From contig NIVC01000267.1 in the NCBI GenBank assembly GCA_002269645.1, positions 62,001 through 126,000 on the forward strand: DNA of 64,000 nucleotides, written 5' to 3'. Below the pieces are notes generated by a model that did not search any database, was not told the origin of the DNA, and saw only the letters and a list, made by a program, of their open reading frames with translations. Made by a program: the position numbers and the translations under genes. This DNA comes from Macrostomum lignano. Taxonomy: Eukaryota. Shown here piece by piece: positions 1 through 11,615 of the stretch; the stretch's first letter is position 1, and each line of letters begins with the position of its first letter.

Positions 1-717
1 ACTTATGACAGCTTTGCAGCTTGATGGAAGCCTATTCAAGAAGTTATAGACCATCAACTTTGCATAATTAAGTCTAAAAAGGCAAGACATCAACTGTCTC
101 CCAGCTGTCTTCAAAGCACTGGACCTACTTGTTAACCATGGTTTTTGATGGTGCACATTCACTATACATTGCTTGTACCTCACAAAGAATTTCCACTTGT
201 CGCTTCCCTTGCTTTCACAAAAAACCAAATAATGCTCAGCTTTTTACTTCTTTGTTATTCAGCATAGTGAAAAAATTAGTGTGCAACTAAAAGCACTGCA
301 AGAAGGAAATGCCTGGCTTAAACAATACCACTCTTGCTTTAAAACATTCAGGATATGATATTTGTCTATGGTATAAAGTTTTGAGACAAAGTAGAGACTC
401 AAAAAAAGATATGCATGTTTGATTGCAGACTTTCTAAGCAACCCTTATACCTAAAAATAAATTTTATAATTCTTCTAATGTTAATATAATGCTCAGTAGC
501 TTTGCTTTTAAATGCGATAACTTTGTTTTACTTTGATAAGTGCAATATTCAACATTTCCAAATGAATTCATGCAAGTTTTTTAAACAAATTAAAGCTCTG
601 CACACATAAACCTTTTGGAGTTGCACAAGTTTGCTAGTCATATATGCACAAATGCACAAGTTTTTGTCAGTGTATATGGAATGCAATTACAATTTTTTTA
701 CAAAAATTCTATCTTGG

Positions 718-1000
718 CCCATAAGTCTTGACATCTTAAAACCCCCCTTTTAACTTTTGACATCTTAACAATTCTCTTTATAAGTCTTAAAATCTTAGCT
801 ATCCTCTATGAACCTTAAATCTTAGCAATTCCTGCTATAAGCTTTAAAATTTTAGCAAATTCCATTGTCCATCAGCCTTGATATCTTTCAATTCTCTCTT
901 GTAAGCCTTAGTTAAGGCTTAATATCCCAGTAAGCCTTAACAATAGTCATAGCATTGTAGTACCCTTAAGACTTAATATTATAACAATCCCAAATGAATC
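718..1000. repeat. Degenerate AT-rich tandem repeat, about 30 bp
   Basis: Recurrent (aag/gcc)tt(g/a)a(c/a)atctta(g)caattc motifs. Confidence 0.45.
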
Positions 1001-1536
1001 TATTATGTTAAACATAAATTTTTTTGGCATGATGCTTCTTTTATGCTTTATACAGTGCTTCTTTTATGTATGACATGATGCATCAATATTAATTTCAACA
1101 AAAATGCTTGACTTAAAAGCATTGAATACTTTATATTGATATTAAAAAATAGCCTATAATCAGGAAAGTAGTCTTTGATTTCAATTAACTATTTGTTTAA
1201 AAGCTCTTTCTTTTGATTTGTTTTTTGGTCTTTTAGCTCTTAAATAAGGTTTTTTCTCTTTTTCTTGAAAAGTAGAATCATAGTATCAGGCTATCAAGTT
1301 TTAGTTGGCCAGAAAGTTTTTGTTCAGGGTAAAAAATAAAAGAAATATTGCAAGACGAAATGTCTGGGCTGTAGTATGGGGTGCAAAAACACCTTGTATT
1401 TTTGTTGATTCATTCTCACAGCCGATAATAAAGAGTTTTATTAATAATTGAAGTATGCAATGCAATGCATTTGAAGAGCCACAAATTTTTTATATTTGAT
1501 TCTGAAAATATTTTTCCCCTTATTTAACGATTGCAG

Positions 1537-4500
1537 ACATCCACCGCTGGCGCCATTTCGTCGGCTACGCGTGGTCGCGGCAAGAAGCGAGCCGCCCAGC
1601 TGTCATCAGCCTGTCAGTCAGCGCTGCCGCACCCGACCCTGCCAGCTACGGTGGCTGCAGCCGCCGTCGCTGCCGCTATCGACGCCGATGCCGAACTTGT
1701 TCACATCGACTCCAACGGAAGCTGTTTTGTCGCGCTGCTCTCCGACGCCGACACTCGCAATCTTGTTGGCGACATTCTGCGCGACTTGGTCGACAAATCG
1801 GCGTCGACTGACCGACAGTCTTTGCCTCAGCCTCCGCCAGGCATCCTGGCCTGCGGAGTCTGGCGCGACGCTGATGCAGACGCAGTGGTTGCCAGGTTCT
1901 TTCGCTGCAGCGGCGGCGGCGCCTCCTGCGTCGACTCTGGCTTGAAGCGGCGCGATCCCGACGCTTGGCTGCCCCTGCCCAACTGGCTGGCCGGCGTGCC
2001 GCGGCTCGCCTACCGCCTGGCCATCCCGGCCTGCCCGCCCGACCTGGCCGCCGCCCTGCTGGGTAGTCGGCGAGTCCGGCTGAAGCTGACCGGCTTCCGG
2101 GTTAGCGGCGACGCCAGTTTGGAATCTTCGCGGCACAGCGTGCAGGGCGTCAGCATTGCGGACACCGGCTGCGATCTGCTCAGCCTGCTGCAGTGCTGGC
2201 CTGTCATTGTCGATCTCATCGAGCGCGTTGGACTGTCGAATGCTGACCCGGTGCCCTGGCCTGATGTCGACGGCGTCACCTGCAGGCTGTACATGTCATC
2301 TGACAACTGCTACTGTCTGCGGCTGCCGCACGGCCTGACCAACTCGGCCAAGCTCGGACAGCTGATGGCCGCTGCCTACGCTGGCCCTGTGCCGCCGGCC
2401 CTGGAGCCGAGTCTGCAGGCCTTCAGGCGGCGCCTCGCTCCCGGCCAGCTTTGCGTCTGCCGGCATCATCTGGCGCTCAGCCAAAACCCAGTGTCTCAAG
2501 GCTACCTGCGCTGCTTAGTGAAACTCCAGGCCTCAAGCGACTCAGACGTGGTCACCCTGACGCACGTGGACTCCGGTAGGACCATTCGGAATCGCCCGCC
2601 TTTTGGGGAAATTTTCCCGCCGCCGCTCCGCTCAGTCTGTCCGGAGTTCTACACCGCCCCCGCCAGCTCCGTGCCTTGCCTGGCTGTTGACGAGCCCGAC
2701 CCGGCGTCTCTAGTCGGACAGAACTTGCTGGTGCATCGCGTGCTGTCATCGTCCTCCGCCGCTGAGCCGCCGCCGTGGCGCGTTCGCCTGTCAGCGGTCA
2801 GTCCGCGGCGTCCGCCGAACGCCGTTGCCGCTTCCGCGGACGCCTCTGCCGCCGACGTCGCCGCAGCCGCCTCCGTCGCCGATTCAATGAGCGGCTACGC
2901 CAGGCAGATTCCGCTAGTAAATCGGGTTTCCGGCCGGGCCGCCTGTCGCCTGCTGCGCGCCGACCGCCTGCCCCGTCTGACTGTCCAGCTGGACGCTGAC
3001 GCCAGTGCTGCCGTTGAACTGGCCGAGTGTTTGGCCAAAATTCCGGCTCCGGATTGCGGCACCAACTGTCCAGCGATTGGCCGGGACCATTACGCCAACG
3101 GTTCGTCCTGTCTGGCCTGGCATGATGGCGCCTGGGCGCGCGGACTTGTGCGCCAGCGTCTCATCAGCAAGCGCCATTGGCTGGTCCGCCTAGTCGATCT
3201 GGGCCTCACCGTGGCCGCTCCGCTGTCTCTGATGCGGCCGGCGCCAGCTAAACTGGTCAAACTGGCGCCTCCGCTGGCCTACAAGTGCTGCCTGGCCGGC
3301 GCTGTCCAGCGCTGTTCAGCTGCCCCGCTGAACAGCCTCGGACCGGCATTTGCGCTGTCGACCCTCGACCAGGAGTCTAGCTTGAATAATTCGGCGCCGC
3401 CGCTGGTTGAGCTCTTTCTGCTGCCGGACGGTGTTCAGCCGGTCTTGCCGCTGCTCTCCCTCACCGGTCCGCGCTGCTCCAACAGCAGCAAGGCCGGGCT
3501 GAATAGTGCAGAGGAGCCAGATTTCGGCGATGTTGCCAGCCTGTTTGCCGACTACCTGCCAACCGCTGTACCGGCTGGCGACCTGCCAGACTCCGATCCC
3601 GACGCCCGACTGTATCTGGAGGGTCCAAATTGTTTCGCCGCCGCGGTGCAAGCCGTGGAGTGGACCGGACAGCCGGATGGCAGCGTGTCGCGCCTGTTTC
3701 TCAGCCTGCTGCCGGCGTCTCGGGCGGAAGCGGCCGACCGTCTTGGCTGGGCTCTGGCCGCGGCCGTCGACGAGGACGAAGCCGCCCGGACTGCCGAATT
3801 CGAGGCCCGGCTGGCGCTGGCCGAGGCTGAAACCGAAGCCTTGGCCGACTTGGCCGAAGAAGAGTCCGCGATGGTAGCGGAAGCTGAAGACGAAGCCAGA
3901 GTAGACGAAGTTGAAGCTCAAGATGAGGCAGACTTTGATGAACTGGAGCTCGAGGAAGATGCAGAAGCAGACGCGATGCTGGACGCCTTGGATGAGGCGG
4001 AAGCGGAACAGTTCGATGCGGAGCAGGAAGCTGAGGCGGATCGATTAGATGCAGATGAAGACATGGATGATGAGGCGACAGGATATTTAATTGACGAGTG
4101 CGGAGCAGAAAGCGACGGAGAATGTGAGCCAGCTCGAGTCGGGGCTGAAAAGCAGACGACTGAATTAGTTGACAAGCACAGGAATGGCCATGCTTCCATT
4201 GACGTCTCTGAAGGAGAAGAGAAAGCCGGGACCGATGCAGAAGAAGCTGGAAATGATGCGGCTGAAGACGATGAAGCTGCCAGTGCTGAAGAAAATGTTG
4301 AAAGACTGGCGAAAGATTTCAGCGATGAATGTTTGGGTGCTGAGGAAGTTGGTTCCGAAGAGAATGCTCAAAGTTTGGGGGAAGCTGGAGTTGATGAGGA
4401 GGCTTGTGCTGAAGAGAGTGCTCAGGTTTCTGAGGAAGCTGTAGACTATGAGGAGTCAGATGCCAACGAGAATGCTCAGAGCTCGAAAGAAACTGCTGGA

Positions 4501-6180
4501 GAAGATGAAGAGCTTGTTGCTGAAGAGAGTGCTCAGGTTTCTGAGGAAGCTGTAGACTATGAGGAGTCAGATGCCAACGAGAATGCTCAGAGCTCGAGAG
4601 AAACTGCTGGAGAAGATGAAGAGCTTGTTGCTGAAGAGAGTGCTCAGTTTTCTGAAGGAGCTGTAGACTATGAGGAGTCAGATGCCAACGAGAATGCTCA
4701 GAGCTCGAGAGAAACTGCTGGAGAAGATGAAGAGCTTGTTGCTGAAGAGAGAGCTCAGGTTTCTGAGGAAGCTGTAGACTATGAGGAGTCAGCTGCCAAC
4801 GAGAATGCTCAGAGCTCGAGAGAAACTGCTGGAGAAGATGATGAGCTTGTTGCTGAAGAGAGTGATCGGGGTTTGGAGGAAGCTGGAGATGATCAGGAAG
4901 CTCTGATGAAGAAGGATGATCCAGCCGAGACCAATGGTAAAGAAGCTTCAGTTAAAGATGAAGCTGAGACTAATTGTGAAATCGGCTCGGCCGATGAAGG
5001 CTGGACTGATGGAGACAATGATAGCCCAGATGAAGTGTCTTTTGACTCTTTCGAAAGAAATCTGAGACAGATCATCAAGTCGAAGCTGAAGAAGCTGAAC
5101 AAATCCAAGAACTGGCGCCTCTGCCAGCGGAGAATCTTCAACGCGAGTGCCAAATCCAAGTTTGAATTCGAGACTAAAAGTGAAGCTGAAAGCGAACTTG
5201 CCGGAGATGAAGAAGTTAACCAGCCCGCTTCTGTTAGCCTCAGTGACCCAAATTCGAAGTCGGGGAGCTCTGTTCAGTTTGTGCGAGCCAGCGATCTCGC
5301 CCTGCCGACTGCAGCAGTGGATGAGCTCTGCCCCCTGCGCCCCGGCGACTTGTGCGTGGTCCGCTATCCAGCTGGTTCCGCGACGTGGCGCCGCGGCCAG
5401 GTGCTGCCGTGCAGGCCGGACCAGCCAGTCGGACAGGTGCGCCTCCTCCTTGTGGATGTCGGCATTGTCCGCCTGCTTCCGGCTGGCGATTGTCGCCGAG
5501 TCCGGCCGGAAATCGCTGCCCCGGCCGCCACGGCTGCGGCCGCCAGCCTGGCCTGTCTTCTCGCCTGCCGACCCGGCCGCGAGTTCCTGCTGCCGCTGGC
5601 TCGGTACCGCCTGGCCGTGTCGCCGGTTGTCCGGTTCCGCCGCAGCTGCCGGCCATGCAGCGGCCCGCTGCACCGCGTGGCCGTCCACCCGGCCGCTCTG
5701 CAGGCCATCAGCCGGCCGGCTCGCACTGTGTACACCAGCCAGCAGCTGCTGCGTCTGGCCAACAGCTCGGCCGCTCAATCTCGTCCGCCGCCAGTCTATC
5801 CATCGACGTCGTCCGGTTTCGTCTGTCCGGCCGGCTCGGACGAATTCATCCATCCGAGGGCGGACGAGTTTGGCCGGCAGTTTGCCAGCTTGCGCAAGGC
5901 GGCCAGGCAGCTGCTGCAGCTGAACATTGGCGTCCAGCTGAGCCGGCCACAGCCGGCCGGCCAGACCTGCCTGTTGGGTCTTCGCAGCAACGGATTCGCC
6001 TTGGAGGCCTACAGGGTCCGCCTGATCACCGACTGGACTGCCGCTGCGCCGCTGCAGCTGCTGCTGATCGACCTCGGCTGCTCCGTGCAGCTGCGCGACT
6101 TTGGCAATTGGAGCCTCTTTGTATTGCCGCCGCACCTGGCCAGCCTGGCGCCCCGCCTGGCTGTGCAGCGTCCTCAGTAG
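1537..6180 (+). CDS. Multi-Tudor-domain protein (TDRD6/TDRD15-like large-exon architecture) with a central acidic repeat region; 5' end is a splice acceptor, not an ATG
   Basis: One uninterrupted GC-rich ORF of about 1547 codons. About five Tudor-like units: GILACGVW..CVDSG, PGQLCVC..LTHVDSG, GSSCLAWHDGAWARGLV..VRLVDLG..LAPPLAYKCCL, PGDLCVVRY..WRRGQV..LLLVDVG and GQTCLL..YRVRL..LLLIDLG..LPPHLASLAP. The ORF-track TTG at 1531 is part of an acceptor (ttatttaacgattgcAG|ACATCC). First in-frame ATG is at 2293. Confidence 0.85.
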   Translation, partial: TSTAGAISSATRGRGKKRAAQLSSACQSALPHPTLPATVAAAAVAAAIDADAELVHIDSNGSCFVALLSDADTRNLVGDILRDLVDKSASTDRQSLPQPPPGILACGVWRDADADAVVARFFRCSGGGASCVDSGLKRRDPDAWLPLPNWLAGVPRLAYRLAIPACPPDLAAALLGSRRVRLKLTGFRVSGDASLESSRHSVQGVSIADTGCDLLSLLQCWPVIVDLIERVGLSNADPVPWPDVDGVTCRLYMSSDNCYCLRLPHGLTNSAKLGQLMAAAYAGPVPPALEPSLQAFRRRLAPGQLCVCRHHLALSQNPVSQGYLRCLVKLQASSDSDVVTLTHVDSGRTIRNRPPFGEIFPPPLRSVCPEFYTAPASSVPCLAVDEPDPASLVGQNLLVHRVLSSSSAAEPPPWRVRLSAVSPRRPPNAVAASADASAADVAAAASVADSMSGYARQIPLVNRVSGRAACRLLRADRLPRLTVQLDADASAAVELAECLAKIPAPDCGTNCPAIGRDHYANGSSCLAWHDGAWARGLVRQRLISKRHWLVRLVDLGLTVAAPLSLMRPAPAKLVKLAPPLAYKCCLAGAVQRCSAAPLNSLGPAFALSTLDQESSLNNSAPPLVELFLLPDGVQPVLPLLSLTGPRCSNSSKAGLNSAEEPDFGDVASLFADYLPTAVPAGDLPDSDPDARLYLEGPNCFAAAVQAVEWTGQPDGSVSRLFLSLLPASRAEAADRLGWALAAAVDEDEAARTAEFEARLALAEAETEALADLAEEESAMVAEAEDEARVDEVEAQDEADFDELELEEDAEADAMLDALDEAEAEQFDAEQEAEADRLDADEDMDDEATGYLIDECGAESDGECEPARVGAEKQTTELVDKHRNGHASIDVSEGEEKAGTDAEEAGNDAAEDDEAASAEENVERLAKDFSDECLGAEEVGSEENAQSLGEAGVDEEACAEESAQVSEEAVDYEESDANENAQSSKETAGEDEELVAEESAQVSEEAVDYEESDANENAQSSRETAGEDEELVAEESAQFSEGAVDYEESDANENAQSSRETAGEDEELVAEERAQVSEEAVDYEESAANENAQSSRETAGEDDELVAEESDRGLEEAGDDQEALMKKDDPAETNGKEASVKDEAETNCEIGSADEGWTDGDNDSPDEVSFDSFERNLRQIIKSKLKKLNKSKNWRLCQRRIFNASAKSKFEFETKSEAESELAGDEEVNQPASVSLSDPNSKSGSSVQFVRASDLALPTAAVDELCPLRPGDLCVVRYPAGSATWRRGQVLPCRPDQPVGQVRLLLVDVGIVRLLPAGDCRRVRPEIAAPAATAAAASLACLLACRPGREFLLPLARYRLAVSPVVRFRRSCRPCSGPLHRVAVHPAALQAISRPARTVYTSQQLLRLANSSAAQSRPPPVYPSTSSGFVCPAGSDEFIHPRADEFGRQFASLRKAARQLLQLNIGVQLSRPQPAGQTCLLGLRSNGFALEAYRVRLITDWTAAAPLQLLLIDLGCSVQLRDFGNWSLFVLPPHLASLAPRLAVQRPQ
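4408..4863 (+). repeat. Coding tandem repeat, 111 bp (37 aa) x about 4.1, inside the Tudor ORF
   Basis: Unit AEESAQVSEEAVDYEESDANENAQSS(K/R)ETAGEDEELV starts at 4408, 4519, 4630 and 4741, with a partial copy at 4852. Confidence 0.95.
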
Positions 6181-6906
6181 CCTACTGATAGTAGCATAGT
6201 AAGGAAATCCTACTGATAGTAGCATAATAAGGAAATCCTACTGATAGTAGCATAATAAGGAAATCCTACTGATAGTAGCATAATAAGGAAATCCTACTGA
6301 TAGTAGCATAATAAGGAAATCCTACTGATAGTAGCATAGTAAGGAAATCCTACTGATAGTAGCATAGCAAGGAAATCCTACTGATAGTAGCATAGTAAGG
6401 AAATCCTACTGATAGTAGCATAGTAAGGAAATCCTACTGATAGTAGCATAGCAAGGAAATCCTACTGATAGTAGCATAATAAGGAAATCCTACTGATAGT
6501 AGCATAGTAAGGAAATCCTACTGATAGTAGCATAGCAAGGAAATCCTACTGATAGTAGCATAATAAGGACATCCTACTGATAGTAGCATAATAAGGAAAT
6601 CCTACTGATAGTAGCATAGTAAGGAAATCCTACTGATAGTAGCATAGTAAGGAAATCCTACTGATAGTAGCATAGTAAGGAAATCCTACTGATAGTAGCA
6701 TAATAAGGAAATCCTACTGATAGTAGCATAGTAAGGAAATCCTACTGATAGTAGCATAGTAAGGAAATCCTACTGATAGTAGCATAATAAGGAAATCCTA
6801 CTGATAGTAGCATAGTAAGGAAATCCTACTGATAGTAGCATATTAAGGAAATCCTACTGATAGTAGCAGCATCAGGACATCCTACTGATAGTAGCATAGT
6901 AAGGAA
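6181..6906. repeat. 28-bp minisatellite, about 26 copies
   Basis: Unit CCTACTGATAGTAGCATA(G/A)TAAGGAAAT begins on the base after the Tudor stop codon. Each unit holds the mini-hairpin CTACT-GAT-AGTAG. Confidence 0.97.
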
Positions 6907-7323
6907 AACATATTCGTTAGTTGTATTCAAGCTTGTTTTGTTTATTTTTTGTTTGAATACTTGTTCCTCCATATTACAGACGGAAGCCGGCATGGCGGTG
7001 CTGCAGTTGCGCATTTTCTCGTATCTCATTAAGGTTGTGCTCCGCTTGTAATATTGATATGATTAGTGCTTTGCCTCATTAGTCCTTATTCCCAAGCTTG
7101 TCATTAGAGTTTTAAGTGTCTGCCTGTTGTTTTTCCGCTGATTTTATTATGCTTGTTTTTATCGCATTAGAAACTGCATTTTCTTTAAACTCGCTTTTAC
7201 CGGCAGTTTTTGGTTGTCTCTTGGTTTGAATTCGCAGGCCGGGTGCTTCGGCTGCTGAGCTGTCCAACTCTACAGCGTTTTTTAGAATCTCGATTTTCAA
7301 GGCGCACTAAAGCGCAGAATCCA

Positions 7324-9226
7324 GCTAAGAATCCCAATCCCAAAGGCTAAGAATCCCAAAGGCTAAGAATCCCAAAGGCTAAGAATCCCAAAGGCTAAGA
7401 ATCCCAAAGGCTAAGAATCCCAAAGGCTAAGAATCCCAAAGGCTAAGAATCCCAAAGGCTAAGAATCCCAAAGGCTAGGAATCCCAAAGGCAAAGAATTC
7501 CTATCCCAAAGGCTAAGAATCCCAAAGGCTAAGAATCCCAGAGGCTAAGAATCCCAAAGGCTAAGAATCCCAGAGGCTAAGAATCCCAAAGGCTAAGAAT
7601 CCCAGAGGCTAAGAATCCCAGAGGCTAAGAATCCCAGAGGCTAAGAATCCCAAAGGCTAAGAATCCCAGAGGCTAAGAATCCCAAAGGCTAGGAATCCCA
7701 AAGGCTAGGAATCCCAAAGGCTAGGAATCCCAAAGGCTAAGAATCCCAGAGGCTAAGAATCCCAAAGGCTAAGAATCCCAGAGGCTAAGAATCCCAGAGG
7801 CTAAGAATCCCAAAGGCTAAGAATCCCAGAGGCTAAGAATCCCAAAGGCTAGGAATCCCAAAGGCTAAGAATCCCAGAGGCTAAGAATCCCAGAGGCTAA
7901 GAATCCCAAAGGCTAAGAATCCCAGAGGCTAAGAATCCCAAAGGCTAAGAATCCCAGAGGCTAAGAATCCCAGAGGCTAAGAATCCCAGAGGCTAAGAAT
8001 CCCAGAGGCTAAGAATCCCAGAGGCTAAGAATCCCAAAGGCTAAGAATCCCAGAGGCTAAGAATCCCAAAGGCTAGGAATCCCAAAGGCTAGGAATCCCA
8101 AAGGCTAGGAATCCCAAAGGCTAAGAATCCCAAAGGCTAAGAATCCCAGAGGCTAAGAATCCCAAAGGCTAAGAATCCCAGAGGCTAAGAATCCCAGAGG
8201 CTAAGAATCCCAAAGGCTAAGAATCCCAGAGGCTAAGAATCCCAAAGGCTAGGAATCCCAAAGGCTAAGAATCCCAGAGGCTAAGAATCCCAAAGGCTAG
8301 GAATCCCATAGGCTAAGAATCCCAGAGGCTAAGAATCCCAAAGGCTAAGAATCCCAAAGGCTAAGAATCCCAGAGGCTAAGAATCCCAGAGGCTAAGAAT
8401 CCCAAAGGCTAGGAATCCCAAAGGCTAAGAATCCCAAAAGCTAAGAATCCCAAAGGCTAGGAATCCCAAAGGCAAAGAATTCCTATCCCAAAGGCTAAGA
8501 ATCCCAAAGGCTAAGAATCCCAGAGGCTAAGAATCCCAAAGGCTAAGAATCCCAGAGGCTAAGAATCCCAGAGGCTAAGAATCCCAAAGGCTAGGAATCC
8601 CAAAGGCTAGGAATCCCATAGGCTAAGAATCCCAAAGGCTAAGAATCCCAAAGGCTAAGAATCCCAGAGGCTAAGAATCCCAGAGGCTAAGAATCCCAAA
8701 GGCTAAGAATCCCAAAGGCTAGGAATCCCAAAGGCTAAGAATTCCTATCCCAAAGGCTAAGAATCCCAAAGGCTAGGAATCCCAAAGGCTAGGAATCCCA
8801 AAGGCTAAGAATCCCAGAGGCTAAGAATCCCAAAGGCTAAGAATCCCAGAGGCTAAGAATCCCAGAGGCTAAGAATCCCAGAGGCTAAGAATCCCAAAGG
8901 CTAAGAATCCCAAAGGCTAAGAATCCCAAAGGCTAGGAATCCCAAAGGCTAAGAATTCCTATCCCAAAGGCTAAGAATCCCAAAGGCTAGGAATCCCAAA
9001 GGCTAGGAATCCCATAGGCTAAGAATCCCAGAGGCTAAGAATCCCAGAGGCTAAGAATCCCAAAGGCTAAGAATCCCAAAGGCTAAGAATCCCAGAGGCT
9101 AAGAATCCCATAGGCTAAGAATCCCAAAGGCTAGGAATCCCAAAGGCTAAGAACCCCAGTCCCAAAAGCTAAGAATCCCAAAAGTTAAGAATCCCAAAGG
9201 CTAAGAAACCCAATCCCAACGGCTAA
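7324..9226. repeat. 16-bp minisatellite, about 119 copies
   Basis: Unit CCCA(A/G/T)AGGCTA(A/G)GAAT with occasional AAGAATTCCTATCCC variants. Confidence 0.97.
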
Positions 9227-9584
9227 GTGCCTTAGAACCTAAATATTTAGAACCTTATTCTCTAAAGAGTTCATAAATGTCTCATGTGCTTTTCAAACCT
9301 TGTCAAACCAAGGCCGGATCATAAGTGCACTTTGCTAATTTGTTACTTGGCTGCTCTGGTTTCTGCTTGTCGCGATTTTAAGCAATTTTTTATAAAAGTT
9401 TAAAAGCTACAGTTTATATCATAAAATTTGAAGATCTGTATTTCCCCCTAGTCTGTTCAGCAGGTTATTTGTTTCAACTTTTGCAGTTAATAAAAAAGTT
9501 AAACGCTCCCGGGTGTTCCGCGATGTTCTTTATAAATATTAATATCGTCCCGACTTCAGTTCTGACTTGTTTTCAATTAAACAG

Positions 9585-9971
9585 AAAGTCAAGGGCAGGA
9601 TCGACTGCGAGTATGCGAGTATTAGACAGTCGCCTTGATGATTTTTTGTCTTTGATTTCAGCGCTAGGCAGTGGCAATTTTCTCGTCTGCTAGTTGCGAG
9701 GCTAATGATTCAGTTTTGCTGGATGGCCCCGCCTTCCTATTTGAGTCTCGCAGCTGAGTTCTCAGCATCTTCTCGCACTCTTCCCTTGTCCCGTCTGTTT
9801 TGTCAGCCAGCCTCGTGCGTCCGTCGCATGAAATTAGCGACTGACGCATTGAGGCATCGCGGACAGGCGTCCCAAGAGGTGGGCGGCCTGTCGCGGCTCT
9901 TAGCGCGGCATGATGATAGACTGCTTGCTCAGCATGCCCGATATCTTACTTGCTTGCTGCGTAGAAGATGA
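9585..9971 (+). other. Possible exon pair of an unidentified small gene (GC island with coding potential)
   Basis: Acceptor at 9584, GTATGC donor at 9611 and acceptor ttgatttcAG at 9661 give the frame KVKGRIDC|DARQWQFSRLLVARL..LLAQHARYLTCLLRRR*. The minus strand also carries an acceptor and a near-open frame, so strand and function are unresolved. Confidence 0.25.
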
Positions 9972-10243
9972 ATGCCGCTCGCTCTGTCCATTTTTTCACT
10001 GCCAGCGCTTCGGCTAATTGGCCGGGCGGGCACTCAGGACTACTGGTCAGTGAGTCAGTGGCATCGCTTGGTGCACTTCTGCGATGGAAGTAACACAAAT
10101 ACAGGTTGATTAGTTGATTACGCATCAAGTTCCTCAGTTTGCTGTTGCTTTGGCGGCTAATTTTATATAAAAAGCAGTGCACAATTTAAAGACTAAAGCT
10201 GTAAGATTCCGATTGTAATGAAGTTAAAATACCAATGTCTGTC

Positions 10244-11331
10244 TCCACCACAGTCATCTGAGGTCAGTTTCCACCACAGTCATCTGAGGTCAGTCTCCAC
10301 CACAATCATCTGAGGTCAGTCTCCACCACAGTCATCTGAGGTCAGTCTCCACCACAATCATCTGAGGTCAGTCTCAATCAGCCATCTGAGGTCAGTCTCA
10401 ATCAGTCATCTGAGGTCAGTCTCAATCAGCCATCTGAGGTCTGTCTCCACCACAGTCATCTGAGGTCAGTCTCAATCAGCCATCTGAGGTCTGTCTCCAC
10501 CACAGTCATCTGAGGTCAGTCTCCACCACATTCATCTGAGGTCTGTCTCAATCAGTCATCTTAGGTCAGTCTCAATCAGTCATCTGAGGTCAGTCTCAAT
10601 CAGCCATCTGAAGTCAGTCTCAACCACAATCATCTGAGGTCAGTCTCAATCAGCCATCTGAAGTCAGTCTCAACCACAGTCATCTGAGGTCAGTCTCAAT
10701 CAGCCATCTGAAGTCAGTCTCAACCACAGTCATCTGAGGTCAGTCTCAACCACAATCATCTGAGGTCAGTCTCAATCAGTCATCTTAGGTCAGTCTCAAT
10801 CAGCCATCTAAGGTCAGTCTCAACCAGTCATCTTAGGTCAGTCGCAACCAGTCATCTTAGGTCAGTCTCAATCAGCCATCTGAGGTCGGTCTCAATCAGT
10901 CATCTGAGGTCAGTCTCAATCAGCCATCTGAGGTCAGTCTCAATCAGCCATCTGAGGTCAGTCTCAATCAGCCATCTGAGGTCAGTCTCAATCAGTCATC
11001 TTAGGTCAGTCTCAATCAGCCATCTGAGGTCAGTCTCAACCACAGTCATCTTAGGTCAGTCTCAATCAGCCATCTGAGGTCAGTCTCAACCACAGTCATC
11101 TGAGGTCAGTCTCAATCAGTCATCTGAGGTCAGTCTCAACCACAGCCATCTGAGGTCGGTCTCAATCAGCCATCTAAGGTCAGTCTCAATCAGTCATCTG
11201 AGGTCAGTCTCAATCAGCCATCTGAGGTCGGTCTCAACCACAGTCATCTGAGGTCAGTCTCAATCAGCCATCTGAGGTCAGTCTCAATCAGCCATCTGAA
11301 GTCAGTCTCAACCACAGTCATCTGAGGTCAG
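10244..11331. repeat. 24/26-bp minisatellite (copy 1)
   Basis: Alternating units CATCTGAGGTCAGTCTCAATCAG(C/T) and CATCTGAGGTCAGTCTCAACCACAGT. Confidence 0.95.
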
Positions 11332-11615
11332 TTTCTGCTAGAGGTGGCTGTTTGCTCAACACAAAGCATCAATAAAAGGTGTTATCTTTGCAATGGATCA
11401 ACGAAATATTGGTACAATATACATGTATTTTCAAAAAAGAATGACGGACAAAATATTCAAAATTTTGCGCTCTCATGCGCAGAATGTTTCTAAATAGGAA
11501 TTTTTTCTGTTGCAACAGTGTTACTAACAGTATAAGAATTGTCATATGACACTCGATAAAATCCAAGTTAATCATCAGCTGAGGCAAGTATGACTTCTCC
11601 CGGGAATTCAGCGGT

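Noticed and set aside
1531-1533. TTG start codon of the 1549-aa ORF
   Set aside because: It is a prokaryote-style call, and the TTG is part of the TTGCAG splice acceptor.
4948-6225. Long antisense and alternate-frame ORFs over GC-rich exons (also 61105-62259, 52131-52838 and 39968-41080)
   Set aside because: Shadow ORFs caused by high GC and codon bias of the real genes, with no recognisable motifs.
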